Below are positions 44,277-57,690 of a stretch of DNA of 64,000 nt, in pieces. The position numbers were made by a program, and so were the translations under genes. Below the pieces are notes generated by a model. That model was not told the origin of the DNA. It ran no database searches and worked only from the letters and a program-made list of their open reading frames with translations. Within the stretch, counting starts at the first letter, position 1. Every line of letters starts with the position of its first letter. The stretch is from Octopus vulgaris. Its lineage: Eukaryota. The DNA lies in assembly GCA_951406725.2 (NCBI GenBank), contig OX597831.1, positions 31,248,001 through 31,312,000 on the forward strand. Direction: 5' to 3'.

Positions 44277-44985
44277 TACAGGGTGCGGCGAATAAACTGT
44301 CGTCTGATTTAAGCAAAAATGAAAATATCACTCACATCTCATTTTAACAGATTTATGTACCAAAGTTACACAAAAATATCTTGAAATACTAAACAGTAAA
44401 TTTATACAATAAAATCGCTATTGGCATCAACTACAGCCTCCAGACGACTTCGAAATCTCCTGCAACTCTTCTGGACGGTCTCCTAGTTTAAGTTGGTTAA
44501 TGCTGTCATAATCCTTGCCTTCAGTTCATCTTTGGGGTAACAAGGAGTTTTGTTGGTCTCTCGCTCAACTCGCCCCACACATAATAATCAAGGGAGTTTC
44601 AATCTGGGGCGGTAGGTAGTAAATTTTGGGGTTGGTGTGGTCAAAAAATTGTCTGAGAGCCACAACTGGGTTCTCCTGCTTATGTGTCATGGTGCAGAGT
44701 CCTTTTGCCAGATATAGGATCTTCCAGCAGCCACCATCTTTATCTAGGGCAACACTACCTCCTCCAGACACTCGATGTAGGCTTCCTTGTTGCGTGTGAG
44801 GCCATGTGGGAAGATGAATGGAGGCATAACATCGCCATCACTAGTGATCACTCGAAACTCTATGATGTTGACTGGATGCTTGATTTTTATCACTCTCAGT
44901 ACATGTCCTCGATACCCAAACACACTGAAATGTTCGTATTGGATCTTCCAGCGCGAATGCCAAGCAGTACAGCACGTCGTGTACA
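44277..44985 (-). mobile_element. Tc1/mariner-superfamily (maT/DD37D-like) transposon 3' half with TIR
   Basis: TA-CAGGGTG terminus; minus strand ITSDGDVMPPFIFPHG..AYIECLEEVVLP, WQKDSAP*H, DELKARI, FRSRLEAVVDA. Confidence 0.85.
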
Positions 44986-45367
44986 TGTATACATACATGT
45001 ATACATACTAATCCATACATTTGGACATATATAAATAAATATATATACATACACAGCTCAATATGCCTATAGAAATATATGTAACCATGTAGGCAGGCAT
45101 ACATATTTACATATACGCATGCACACACTACAGACACATATACACATACATACATACATACATACATACATACATACATACATACATACATACATACATA
45201 CATACATACATACATACATACACATACACACACACACATATATATATATTTATATTTCCTGAGCGCCATACTAATACAATTGTTTGTTTGTATTCCACCT
45301 GCCTTCGTCTTTTGTTTATTTCCGTAAACCTGCCTTCGTCTTTTGTCTATTTTCATAAAGCTTACCG

Positions 45368-45426
<59 letters not shown>

Positions 45427-45573
45427 AAAAGCAATAAAGATTCAAGTTAATTTAAATGAATTTACTTGAATATGGTACCTAACTTAGATGCACCAAAAAA
45501 AACTATACGGTTTTAACAATACAGTAATGTGGGGTGATTATAAGCGAGAAAGAAACAACAAGAATGGATAGGT

Positions 45574-45664
45574 TTTTAGTACAATCGTTTCATACAAGGA
45601 CAGGCTTTATTAAAAGTTGCAAAAATTGCAGCATATAAACGTGTCCCGTACTCATCAGCTAAAA
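45574..45664 (-). ncRNA. Type I hammerhead ribozyme motif, canonical core, long stem II
   Basis: Reverse complement of the motif at 46244-46334. Confidence 0.88.
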
Positions 45665-46243
45665 TACATGTGAGTTCTCTAGACATCCTAGTGGTTGAGG
45701 CTATACTCATGAAGTAATGTAGATAATTAAGTAACATAAAGTAACATAAACAGATTTCCAAATAGCAGTAATGTGATTAATGTGGCAAATACCTAATCAT
45801 ATAGCAAGAATTGATACCTACCTCATTGTGTTCAACCATTGATAAATTTATCGCCTGTGAATATGAAATTCTTCTTCATTTCTCTGGAAATTTACATCTA
45901 CACCATTGGAAATTGTGCATCTATACAAAGGATTAATTCACCCTCTCTGTAATGCTAATAAGCAGGAATTGAGACCCACCTCGTTGTGATTAGCAATGGA
46001 TAAATTTGTCGTCTGTGAGTATGTAATCCCTCCTCATATCTCTGGAAAATCATATGTACACTATGGATTAAGTCACCTTCTCTGTGATGCTATTAAAACT
46101 TTTTTTAAAATTCTGTGATAAGACTGTACATCATCTTTAAAGAACTTTAATGAACTTTGGAAATCTGTTTATGTTACTTAATTATCTACATTATTTCATG
46201 AGTATAGCCTCAACCACTAGGATGTCTAGAGAACTCACATGTA

Positions 46244-46334
46244 TTTTAGCTGATGAGTACGGGACACGTTTATATGCTGCAATTTTTGCAACTTTTAATA
46301 AAGCCTGTCCTTGTATGAAACGATTGTACTAAAA
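46244..46334 (+). ncRNA. Type I hammerhead ribozyme motif, canonical core, long stem II
   Basis: UUUUAG-CUGAUGA-GUACGGGACA...UGUCCUUGUAU-GAAA-CGAUUG-UA-CUAAAA; 6-bp stem I; predicted cut after 46328. Confidence 0.88.
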
Positions 46335-46365
46335 ACCTATCCATTCTTGTTGCTTCTTTCTCGCG

Positions 46366-46461
<96 letters not shown>

Positions 46462-47280
46462 CTCAAATGGCCTGATTATTTCACTAATAAAATCTTTTAT
46501 TTTTTTCATGAGATATAACCCTTTATGTCTCTGGTTGCCGTGAATTGTATCATTTCATCCTATTTCTGAACTCTTCAGCCCGAAATAACTCGACATTTCA
46601 CAGTTATCAAATCTAATTTCTTTTGAAAATTAAAAACGATATATTCCATTTTCTTTCTCTTATTTTTCTTCTTCGTGAAGAAAAGAACCTTTCTCAAAAG
46701 TATTGCTTGGCTGATGACCAGGGATGCACATCAAAAGAGGTCGCGCAAATCTACCGCAACCGGTCATTATACATACATATCTGCAAAAGGTTAGGCATGG
46801 CTATATTTTAAGAAAGCTTCAAAGTGACAACTACATTGATAACCAGTGTAATCTATCTTAGACTAACAACCAGGATATTATTTCTAACACATGAAATAAT
46901 AATTCCTGTCAAAACTTCCATGAAATGGAAGCATAACATACTAGACAAAATGATCTGGAACAAAAGAAAACATCTATACAGAACTGATGAGAAATCTGCT
47001 GTTGCTCTATGCGTCTTATGGCTTTAGATTTTTCCCTGTTGGAACATGTGGAGATGTGACTGCTTCAGTACTGACACTGGGAAGCTGGGTTTCATTAAAC
47101 CGAGAAGGACACGCCTAATCAAGAAATGACAGTAATAAACCATCGGATGCACTGTCAAAATATGTAAAACATTTAAGGAATTTAGGTATGACCGTGCGAT
47201 TACAAAGCTTATTTGGTAACCATGTAGTTTCGAGTTCAGATCTACTGCGCAGTACCTAGAATAAGTGTCTTCTACTATAG

Positions 47281-47477
47281 GCGTAGAAGTGGCTGTGTGG
47301 TAAGTACCATGCTTACGAACCACAGGATTCCGGATTCAGTCCCACTACGTGACACCTTGGGCAAGTGTCTTCTACTATAGCCTCGGGCCGACCAAAGCCT
47401 TGTGAGTGGATTTGGTAGACGGAAACTGAAAGAAGCCCGTCGCATTTATGTATATATATATATATGTATGTGCGCGG

Positions 47478-47534
<57 letters not shown>

Positions 47535-47745
47535 TGTGTGTCTGTGTTTGTCCACCCCAACATCGCTTGACAACCGATGCTGGTATGTATGCGTTCCCGT
47601 AACTTCGCGGTTCGGCAAAAGAGACCGATAGAATAAGTACTAGGCTTACAATAAATAAGTCCTGGGGTCGATTTGCTCGACTAAAGGTGGTGCTTCAGCA
47701 TGGCCACAGTCAAATGACTGAAACAGGTAAAAGAGTAAAAGAGTA
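47281..47745 (+). mobile_element. SINE family A, full length, with partial copies on either side (about 47190-47280 and 47760-48020)
   Basis: Head, core, internal (TG)n and GTAAAAGA repeat tail. Confidence 0.92.
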
Positions 47746-48099
47746 TAGCCCATTGTCTTGTGAGTGAATTAGGTAAACGAATTCTGTGCGGAAGCACATC
47801 GTTACTGCGCACGCATATATCTTTATGTTTGCCCCTCCCTCATCGCTAGGCAACCGATGTTGGATTGTTTACTTTCCAGAAATTTAGTGGCGTAATGGAC
47901 CGATAGAATAAGTACCAAACTTAAAAATAAGCACTGGAACCGGTATACTCGACTAGATCCTTCGAGGTGGAGGCCCAGCAAATCCGTAGTCCAATGACTA
48001 AAAACAAACAAACGGTAAACGATAAAAACAATTGCATCTACACAAACATGGATATGCAAACAGAACATACAGATCCACATATGCAATGATATCCAAGTG

Positions 48100-48690
48100 A
48101 AGGATAAGCTTAAAATATAAGAATACTGGCGGAATATTCCTAATTAGGCATAGCACACCATATCTATTGATCTACGGTGGAGAAAAGACAAAAACATATA
48201 GAAGTAGATTTTTCTACAGATGTTAGCATAATATTGAGCATAAAAGACAAAGAAAGCATTTCTGTTGAACAAATAAGAATTCCGTAGATGTCTCAACCGG
48301 ATTAGAACTCTGTAGATGCTTCATCCGGATTAGAACTCTTTAGATGTTTCATCCGGATTAGATCTCTGTAGATGCTTCATCCGGATTATAAATTAAAATT
48401 TGTGACTCTGTGCCTGTGGTTATTGGAGCATTTGGTTTTCTAACTAAAATGCCTCAGCGTCAAACACGAGAATATGATGTGATGTTCACAGAACCAGGAA
48501 GAACATGATTAAGGACACGGCTAATTTCACTTGAAAACTTGTAATATGGTCCTGAAGTTGAGCCTACAGTAACATAACACAAACGTCGAGACATACAAAC
48601 ATATGTATATGTTTTCATACATAAATCAAAGCATACACTTCTACACGTGTAATAGCAGGCATGCGCATATATGTACATGTGTTGTACCAA
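48100..48690 (+). mobile_element. Decayed RLE-LINE 3' remnant containing a 28-bp tandem repeat (48284-48388, about 4 copies)
   Basis: EYWRNIP and VPVV.GAFG-like motifs; unit GTAGATGCTTCATCCGGATTAGAACTCT. Confidence 0.55.
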
Positions 48691-49056
48691 CAAGATGATA
48701 GCTAAACTGTAATGAAAGAACTTTCCCTCTCCATTGGAAACCGACCCCTTCTTAATTCATAAATAATTTTAAAACTAAAATCAGTGAAACTTTTTCGTAT
48801 AAAGGTGTTCTTAGTTATGTCGACGAAATCTCTTAACTTTTATTTTTTTATCTTTTATTTGTTTCGCTCATGTCCATGCTGGGGCACCACCCTGAAGGGT
48901 TTATTCAGACAAACAGACACCAGCACCTTTTTTTTTTTTAGCCTGATACTTATTCTATCAGTCTCTTTTCCCGAACCACTGAATACGGGGACGTAAACAA
49001 ACCAACAGCAGGTCATCGAGTGGTGTGGGGGACAAGCACAAAGATGCACGCGCGTG

Positions 49057-49107
<51 letters not shown>

Positions 49108-49142
49108 ATATATATGTACATATATATATATACATATATATA

Positions 49143-49228
<86 letters not shown>

Positions 49229-49240
49229 TCTATATATATT

Positions 49241-49303
<63 letters not shown>

Positions 49304-49545
49304 CTAAATGCCTCAGCGCCAAACACGAGAATATGAAGTTCACAAAACCAGGAGGAAGGACATGGTTAAGGATATGGCTAATTTCACTTGAAAACTTGTA
49401 ATACGGTCCTGAAGTTGAGCCTACAGTAACATAACACAAACATCGAGACATACAAACATATGTATATGCTTTCAGATATAAATCAAAACATGCACTTCTA
49501 CGCATGTAATAGCAGACATGTGCATATATGTACATGCGTTGTACC
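48447..49545. repeat. About 240-bp diverged direct duplication (48447-48688 and 49306-49545)
   Basis: AAATGCCTCAGCG...CACTTGAAAACTTGTAATA.GGTCCTGAAGTTGAGCCTACAGTAACATAACAC...GTTGTACC present twice. Confidence 0.92.
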
Positions 49546-49547
49546 TG

Positions 49548-49850
49548 CTGTGAGGGCTTATGGCTCAGTGGTTAAGGTATTGCACTCACGAATGTGAGAT
49601 TGTGGGTTCGATTCCCAGACCGGGCGTTGCGTTGTGTTCTTGAGCAAAGCACTTCATTTCACGCTGTTCGGCGATCATTTCGTCATCTGACATGTGGCAG
49701 CCGTTACACTTGTACAAGTAACGTCGATTTGATGGCGGGAGTGAGCTTATGTGTACATAGACAATCCCTATAAACAAATAAACTGTGTGATTGTTCGATA
49801 AGAAATTGTCGAACCTTCATACGTCGTCTAACGACAGGTGAGTCCATCAT
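49548..49850 (+). mobile_element. tRNA-derived SINE family C
   Basis: A box TGGCTCAGTGG, B box GGTTCGATTCC, then GTGTTCTTGAGCAAAGCACTT; related minus fragment at about 41635-41765. Confidence 0.85.
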
Positions 49851-49866
49851 ATATTTATATATATAA

Positions 49867-50773
49867 CTAGCAGTATCGCCCGGTGTTGCTCGGGTTTGTA
49901 AGGGAAATAACTATATAAGCATTTTTAGAGAGTTATAGCCAAAAAATAGCAAACAAAATGCATTAAAAATGGAAAAAAATTATGGTAATTTTTTTTTTAA
50001 ATCGTTGACTCATCGTAGACATTTTTAGAGAGTTACTTCCCTTATATAATAGCGAAAAAATGCATTAAAATGGAAAAAAATGATGGTAAATTTTTTTTTT
50101 AAATCGTAGACTCATCGTAGACGCGCGCTAATACCCAGAAGGGCTCGATATGAATCACGACTATAAGATACCCGGTTTTGGTTAAACTGCACCGCAAAAT
50201 GTGGGAGTAGTTAGGAATCTAAATCGTAGGAGACAGACACACAACCTTAGTTTTATATATAACTAGCAGTATCGCCCGGCGTTGCTCGGGTTTGTAAGGG
50301 AAATAACTATATAAGCATTTTTAGAGAGTTACTTCCCTTATAGATGCCAATTCGAGCTTTCTTAGCCATTTCTGTTTTGGTGTCTTCAAGCCATGAAGTC
50401 GTTGTTCTAAAAGAACGCTGGTCTCCTTGACAACGCTTTAAGACGTTGATTTCCTTACACTCCCTTCCCCACAGCTTCACGAGGGAGGGAAGAAGGGGGA
50501 GAAGCAAACAGGTGCAGGTGTGACCATGGACGCCAACTCCGCCGCCATCGACACACGAAATATTATGCATTAAAATGGAATAAAAAATTATGTTAAATTA
50601 TTTTTAAAATCGTAGACTCATCGTAGACGCGCGCTAATACTCAGACGGGCTCGATATGAATCACGACTATAAGATACCCGAATTTGGTTAAACTGCACCG
50701 CAAAATGTGGGAGTAGTTAGGAATCTAAATCGAAGGGGACAGACACTCACACAACTACAGTTTTATATATATA
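49867..50773 (-). mobile_element. Two head-to-tail non-autonomous Helitrons
   Basis: Each ends (minus strand) with hairpin CCCGAGC-AAC-(A/G)CCGGG shortly before CTAG|T (49867 and 50263) and begins TATATAAAAC; shared bodies; second copy has about 220 bp extra. Confidence 0.8.
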
Positions 50774-51076
50774 AATGATACAAAGAAAACGGAGAATACA
50801 TACACAGGCTATAGCTAAACTTTTATATTGTTAAACTTAATCTCCATTTTCTTTGTATTGTTAAACATTTGTCCGTTTTCTTTGTATTGTTGAACTTTTT
50901 CTCCTATATAGAAAAAGATGGAAATTTCTAAAGCAACAACTGAAGAAGAACCAACGATAAACACTTGTGCATATACACATGCAGAATTTCCCAGTATCGT
51001 CAATCGATATAGTATTAAACTGATGTGCGCTTGGATAATATATCCCTAGGAAAGAACATCTTCTTTCCTTACAGAA

Positions 51077-51109
<33 letters not shown>

Positions 51110-51409
51110 TGCATGGGCATACCTGTGCATACTCACTCACATTCATAGATAAATACATTCGTACATTAAGCCAGCTACACAACCAACTTTTATATATACG
51201 TACATACATACATACACACACACACATACATACATACATACATACATACACACACACACATACATACATACATACATACATACATACATACATACATACA
51301 TTCATACATACATACATACATACATACATACATACATACATACATACATACATACATACATACATACATACATACATACATACACACAAACATTCACATA
51401 TACGTACAT

Positions 51410-51925
51410 ACTACGAGAGAATGTCTTCCAGATATTATATTGCAATGAGACATGATGCGGTTGCCAGAACTGTCTGGAACAGGATAATAAAAAGAAAATA
51501 CCTACAGACGAAGTTGACTATACTGAGACCGATCAGTCAAAATAATTTTGGTGGAACTTAAAGCTAAAACAACCACTAAGTTAAAACACAACCGGCCAGA
51601 TATTGTTGTGTGGAACTACAAGGAAAAGATATGTTTTGTTGTAGAGATCAGCTGTCCTCTCGACTCGAATGTGGTTAGCAATATGCAAGAGAAAGAGAAC
51701 ATCTATGGACCATTGATAAGGAGTTTTCAAATCCAGGACACTTTCTGTTTCATACATATTATTATTGGGGCAACAGGATACATACTAACCTATCTGGAAC
51801 AAAGTATTGCTGAACTTGGTTTCTTGGGAAGAAATCGCAAATCCTTAATTCATACACAAATGATCACGATATCTGGGTCAATAAATATCTGCAAAAACTT
51901 CTTAAGATTTATAAGATGATAGTTA
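51410..51925 (+). mobile_element. R4/Dong-like LINE RLE fragment starting after (CATA)n
   Basis: MRHDAVARTVW, KHNRPDIVVWN..CFVVEISCP, IIIGATG. Confidence 0.85.
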
Positions 51926-51945
51926 AAACAAGAAACTTCCCTGTA

Positions 51946-52117
51946 CAGTGGCTGTGTGGTAAGTAGCTTGCTTACCAACCACATGGTTCCTGGTTCAGCC
52001 CCACTGCGCGGCACCTTGGGCAAGTGTCTTCTACTATAGCCTCGGGCCGACCAAAGTCCTTGTGAGTGGATTTGGTAGACAGAAACTGAAAGAAGACCGT
52101 CGTATATATGTGCGCGC

Positions 52118-52154
<37 letters not shown>

Positions 52155-52385
52155 TATGTGTGTGTGTGAGCGTGTGTGGATATGTGTTTGTTTGTGTCTG
52201 TGTTTGTCCTCCCACCATCGCTTTACAACCGATGATGGTGTGTTTACGTCCCCGTAACTTAGCGGTTCGGCAAAATAGACCGATAGAATAAGTACTAGGC
52301 TTACAAAGAATAAGTCCTGGGGTCGGATTTGTTCGACTAAAGGCGGTGCTCCAGTATAGCCGCAGTCAAATGACTGAAACAATTA
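51946..52385 (+). mobile_element. SINE family A
   Basis: Homologous to 47281-47745. Confidence 0.92.
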
Positions 52386-52559
52386 AAAAAAAAAGGAAAA
52401 AAAAGAACGTTGCTACCTGGTAGGTGACTGATCAAATTTTATTCTAAATTAAAAGGAAAAAGAAAACATATATTGATAGATACAAAAGTTTATGTATTCA
52501 TAGAAGCATACAATCATATATTCAGACATCCACCCAACCTCCCGTCTTCTTGCCATGCC

Positions 52560-52900
52560 TACACATAAACATACATACATACATACATACATACATACAT
52601 ACATACATACATACATACATACATACATACATACATACACGCATACATACATACATACATACATACACACACACACATACATACATACATACATACATAC
52701 ATACATACACGCATACATACACGCATACATACATACATACATACATACATACATACATACATACATACAAACATACATACATACATACATACACGCATAC
52801 ATACAAACATACATACATACATACATACATACACGCATACATACAAACATACATACATAAATACATACATACATACATACATACATAAATACATACATAC

Positions 52901-52931
<31 letters not shown>

Positions 52932-53015
52932 CATACATACATACACGCATACATACATACATACATACATACATACATACATACATACATACATACATAC
53001 ATACATACATACACA
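52560..53015. repeat. (CATA)n microsatellite
   Basis: Directly visible; similar arrays at 32690-32836, 51200-51385 and 60110-60472. Confidence 0.97.
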
Positions 53016-53322
53016 ATCATGCGGTTTCATCTTGTCAATTGAAGGCGGTTTCATACGAAACATCTGTAAATCAAGGATTATAATGAAATACGATTGTACG
53101 CCATGTTTGCCACGCTAAGTATCCAGTGACAAGTAGGAGTTAGATAAGTGGAAAATATTTGAAGTGCAAGTTTTAGATCAGAGGAATGTCTATATTTTCC
53201 CAATAAGAGGATAGCAACAAGTTATTAGGGTGTTTGATTTTAAAGGCTCTCTTTTTCGGAATGATTTTGCTACGCGTACATACACAAACCAAGTCTTTCT
53301 AGAACCCTTATATGTGTATATG

Positions 53323-53385
<63 letters not shown>

Positions 53386-53390
<5 letters not shown>

Positions 53391-54287
53391 AGATAAGAAA
53401 ATGGAGAAATACATCTAAATCAAATATCAATTACCAGATAATACTCAATCACATACTTTATTAAACCACCACGTAAGAATGATGCTAATTTTAATGACAC
53501 TTTAGAAATTATTATGAAGTAATATAATGTACAATTGACTATGTATATTTGCATGTAGGTACTAATTTGTGTATGTTTATTATCACAATATTAAGTCGAA
53601 AAACTGAGACATTGAATGTGGAACACATATATATGTTTACTAATTTATATTATTTATTTATATCATTATGTATATTTATATTTTTATATGTATAAGAGTG
53701 TGAGTATATGCACTCATATGTATATGTTGTATTATGTGTATGCACCCACACCCATGTGGGTATATATGTAGACTGATTTTATTACATAATCTCCGAAGAG
53801 GCCTTATGATATTTTTGTAAATGTCTCATTTATATCTATATATTGACCAACCATAAAGGGCTAATATTGGTAAAATGAGACATACCTATCTACATGGCCG
53901 AAACAGCTGTAAGATGTATTCTATACTTATATTTATATTTACTTATATTTATATTCTCTTTTATATATATTCCAATTATTATACGACATTACTCTTTTAT
54001 GTACACATTTTTATGTACATTCCTTTATGTACACTGTTTTGTTCTGCTTTTATATTTAACCCTACAGTCTCTTATGTGGTGGTTGAATAAAGTATGTGAT
54101 TGAGTATTATCTGGTAATTGATATTTGATTTAGATGTATTTCTCCATTTTCTTATCTTGTATTAGTAATTTGTGGTAAATCATTTTACCTTTGCCCATAT
54201 AATACAGTAAATGAATTAATTGCATCGCAATCATTAACAATGTATGTTATCCCACGGAGGGTTGCATTTACAACCCCTATCTCAATT

Positions 54288-54290
<3 letters not shown>
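53386..54290 (+). mobile_element. ORF-less Penelope-type unit with about 93-bp inverted 5' duplication and a hammerhead, in (TA)n
   Basis: 53386-53478 is the reverse complement of 54069-54161 with about 2 mismatches; (TA)n on both sides. Confidence 0.82.
53783..53918 (+). ncRNA. Type I hammerhead ribozyme motif (CCGAAGA core) with about 100-nt stem II domain
   Basis: AUCU-CCGAAGA-GGCC...(AUGUCUCAUUU/AAAUGAGACAU)...GGCC-GAAA-CAGCUG-UA-AGAU; predicted cut after 53911. Confidence 0.85.
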
Positions 54291-54349
<59 letters not shown>

Positions 54350-54375
54350 TATATTATATTATATTATATTATATT

Positions 54376-54465
<90 letters not shown>

Positions 54466-54469
54466 CTAT

Positions 54470-55420
54470 GCATGTATGTATTTTTATTCGCTTTTTAACT
54501 ATTTGAAGTGTTTCTGTAATAAATGAGCTAGTTTCTAACAATGCTACCAAGCTCCATCGCTGCAATGTCACATGATGAACTTGGGAAAAGTATGCGTGTA
54601 TTTCTGTATGCATATCCCTTCTTTAATCATTTAAATTCTTCCTCTGAGAATGGAACTGATTTCTAACAAAGATACAAAGCTTCATCTTTGGAATGTAGAT
54701 AACAAAACAATGTCACATTTTAAACTTGAGTAAAGTTTTGCAGCGTTTTACTGTTCCGCTTACAGATCGTATTCGTAATGTGCGAATCAGTTGATTGATT
54801 TCTTTTACTGGAAATCCAAGCTGATCCAGACTGATAGTTTGATATTTACTTATAAAACCAAGTGTTCCAGTTATTATTGGTATAAATGTAAAATTTGTAA
54901 TCCAGATATAGAAGCTGGGGGGTTTAGAAACAATTATCCATAGTTATTTTCTTTCTCTTTGATTTTCTAAGAGATATTCACAACAGCAGGATAGCTGACG
55001 TCTATGACGGTATATACGCTTTTTGTCTGCCCCAAACAACAATATCTGGCTTGTTATGCCTACACATGACATATGTTTTGATGGGAATACTCCACCAGTA
55101 TTCCTTGAGCTCGTATTTGAGCATGTATTCAATAACAGAGGGATTCTCCATCTGTATTTCAGGACAGACTTTTTTCCTAATGGCATTGTATATTGTCTTT
55201 GCGACAATATCATGTCGTGTAGAGAAGTAGTACCTAGAAGACATTTTTGGACAGCTGCTCATCACATGTGTAATTTCTTCTACAGAAATATGACATAATC
55301 TACATTTACGGTGGTATCTTGGAACCCAAGGACTTCATTGTCTCTTTTGTTGATTAGGTATTTAGTAACAATTTCCTGGTCTTGAATTACAAATGCATAG
55401 CTTTTGAAAATGTAATGTGA
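54470..55420 (-). mobile_element. R4/Dong-like LINE 3' fragment ending at (CATA)-type tail
   Basis: SSCPKMSSRYYFSTRHDIVAK, EYWWSIPIKT..CRHNKPDIVVW. Confidence 0.85.
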
Positions 55421-55622
55421 TGGAGCGGTCACGAGTCTAAGAGAAAGCTAATTCGAAGGCGACAGATCCAATCCATCACTGGAACTGTAAAAATCTAAAA
55501 CTTTCCATAAGTTTATCATTTAAATATATATGAGCATGTCTAGATATGTAACTCGATGCATAAAACATACAAATCTGCACATACATACATGCATACATAT
55601 ATACATACGTGGGTACATATGT

Positions 55623-55688
<66 letters not shown>

Positions 55689-55709
55689 CATGAATGTATA
55701 CTTGCATGG

Positions 55710-55761
55710 ATTTTTTCCGTAGTTTCAACTCAGAGCTGCGGCTATGCTGATGCACCGCCGT
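55710..55761 (-). mobile_element. 50-bp extreme 3' tip of the CR1-group LINE seen at 31222, next to (TA)n
   Basis: GTAGTT(T/C)CA(A/G)CTCAGAGCTGC(G/A)GC(T/C)ATGCTGATGCACCGCCG shared with 31229-31270. Confidence 0.85.
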
Positions 55762-55811
55762 TTATATATATATATATATATATATATACATACATACATA
55801 CATATATATAC

Positions 55812-55875
<64 letters not shown>

Positions 55876-55900
55876 CGAGAGAGAGAGAAAGAGAGAGGGG

Positions 55901-55983
<83 letters not shown>

Positions 55984-56483
55984 CAGACAGATAGACATGT
56001 ATACAATGTACGTACGTATACATGCTCAAATGCAATTATATACACACATGCAAATATAAACAGGCCCACATAGTACTTTGTTCATTTGCTATCAACAGTA
56101 TTGTATTGCACCTACGAGCAAAGCGTTTATTCTTCGTATATAGTCGCACCCACAAAAGGATAAAAGGTTCCCTTTGGCAGACATTTTTTGCTGTTTTAAC
56201 AAGAGTATGATGAAATGGGCGAGTGTTTAATCTACATGAAACGTTCATTTCTAATCCTGCAATGAGTTTCGCATTGAAAATAAATGAAAGCCAAAGGCAG
56301 CGAATTAACCAGACTCCATATTTGTTCAGGTTCTCTATGTTCTGAGTTCAAATCCTGCAGAGATCATCTTTGCCTTTCTTTCGTTGTCGATAAATAAAGA
56401 GTTAAGCACTGGGATGATTCTTCTCTCTTTATCTCTATCTTTTTTCTTTCCTTTTCTCTCTCACTTTTCTCCTTTTCTGTCTA

Positions 56484-56530
<47 letters not shown>

Positions 56531-56539
56531 ATTTCTCTC

Positions 56540-56612
<73 letters not shown>

Positions 56613-57221
56613 TCGATTTTTCTGTCCACCGATTTATCTATCGCTCTCTCATTTTACTAAAATAGAACTTTAATGGAAGGATCTAGCGTTGTTACATTGT
56701 GTTATACTGTTATACTGATTCTGTAAAAGAAATACATTCACGGTACACGTATTTACGAAATACTGAACCGCTTACACGCTAATTTCACTAATTTCACGGA
56801 CAGGAATTCGTTTGGTCGAATAGACGGAGAAACTACTACGATTGGGTGGTAAACAATTCGGTTAACTTCCCCCTAAAAGCTTCTACATTTAAATAAAATA
56901 TGCAATGGTTACCAAATGTTGATTTGCGTCACTCACAACACGATTAGTGTTTCAGTCAATTTAAAAGAACAGACCATATGTCGTGTAAACATCTGAAATA
57001 TATCAACTACATTGAATTTCACTAGATAGAGCCTCTAGGGCCTCTTTATTTCTTTGACATTTGTTTCTTTTGTTTTTCTTGTCATCTCGACATTGTCTTC
57101 TATGTTGAGCGCTTCTTCATTCCCGACTTATATTTAGTTTAAAAAAAATAAACCATTGAGATTAGTTACTCAGTGACGTGATTCGCTTAAAAGTATATAG
57201 CTAAGTTAATTTTGATATGAA

Positions 57222-57384
57222 GGCACGGGCGTGACTGTGTAGTAAGAAGTTTGCTTCCCAAGCACATGGTTCCGTGTTCAGTTCCACTGAATGGTATCGT
57301 GGGCAAGAGTCCTCTACTAAAGTCGCGGGCCGACCAAAGCCTTGTAGGCTTGGTACACGGAAACTGGAAGAAGCTCATCGTATA

Positions 57385-57471
<87 letters not shown>

Positions 57472-57690
57472 ACGTGACTTTGTATTTGTACTGTGTATAT
57501 CTCCACCGTCGTTTGACAACCGGTGTTGGTTTCTTTACGCTCCCATAACTTAACGGTTCGCCAAAAGAGGCCCGTAGAATACGTACCGGACTTTACAAGT
57601 ACTAGGGACGATCTGTTCTACTGAACCTATCAAGGCGGTGCTCCAGTATGGCCGCGGTCCAATGACAAACACGAGTAAGAGGTGAAAGGA
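57222..57690 (+). mobile_element. SINE family A, diverged (a SINE-B fragment follows at about 57785-57955)
   Basis: Head, core and tail recognisable. Confidence 0.85.

Larger units (their letters stand above)
45425..46366 (-). mobile_element. ORF-less Penelope-type unit with about 210-bp inverted repeat carrying two opposed hammerheads, in (TA)n
   Basis: Arms 45544-45762 and 46156-46364, near-identical apart from a 10-bp duplication and a few substitutions; internal diverged direct repeat about 45808-45960 / 45966-46092; (TA)n on both sides. Confidence 0.85.

Noticed and set aside
45576-46332. Two near-identical 60-aa ORFs as a duplicated gene
   Set aside because: By-product of the inverted repeat; non-specific peptide overlapping the ribozyme.
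46708-46995. Isolated CTGATGA matches
   Set aside because: No paired stem II followed by GAAA and no stem I.
49548-49625. tRNA genes (also about 36480-36553 and other SINE heads)
   Set aside because: A/B boxes are present, but no convincing acceptor stem, and they continue into SINE bodies.
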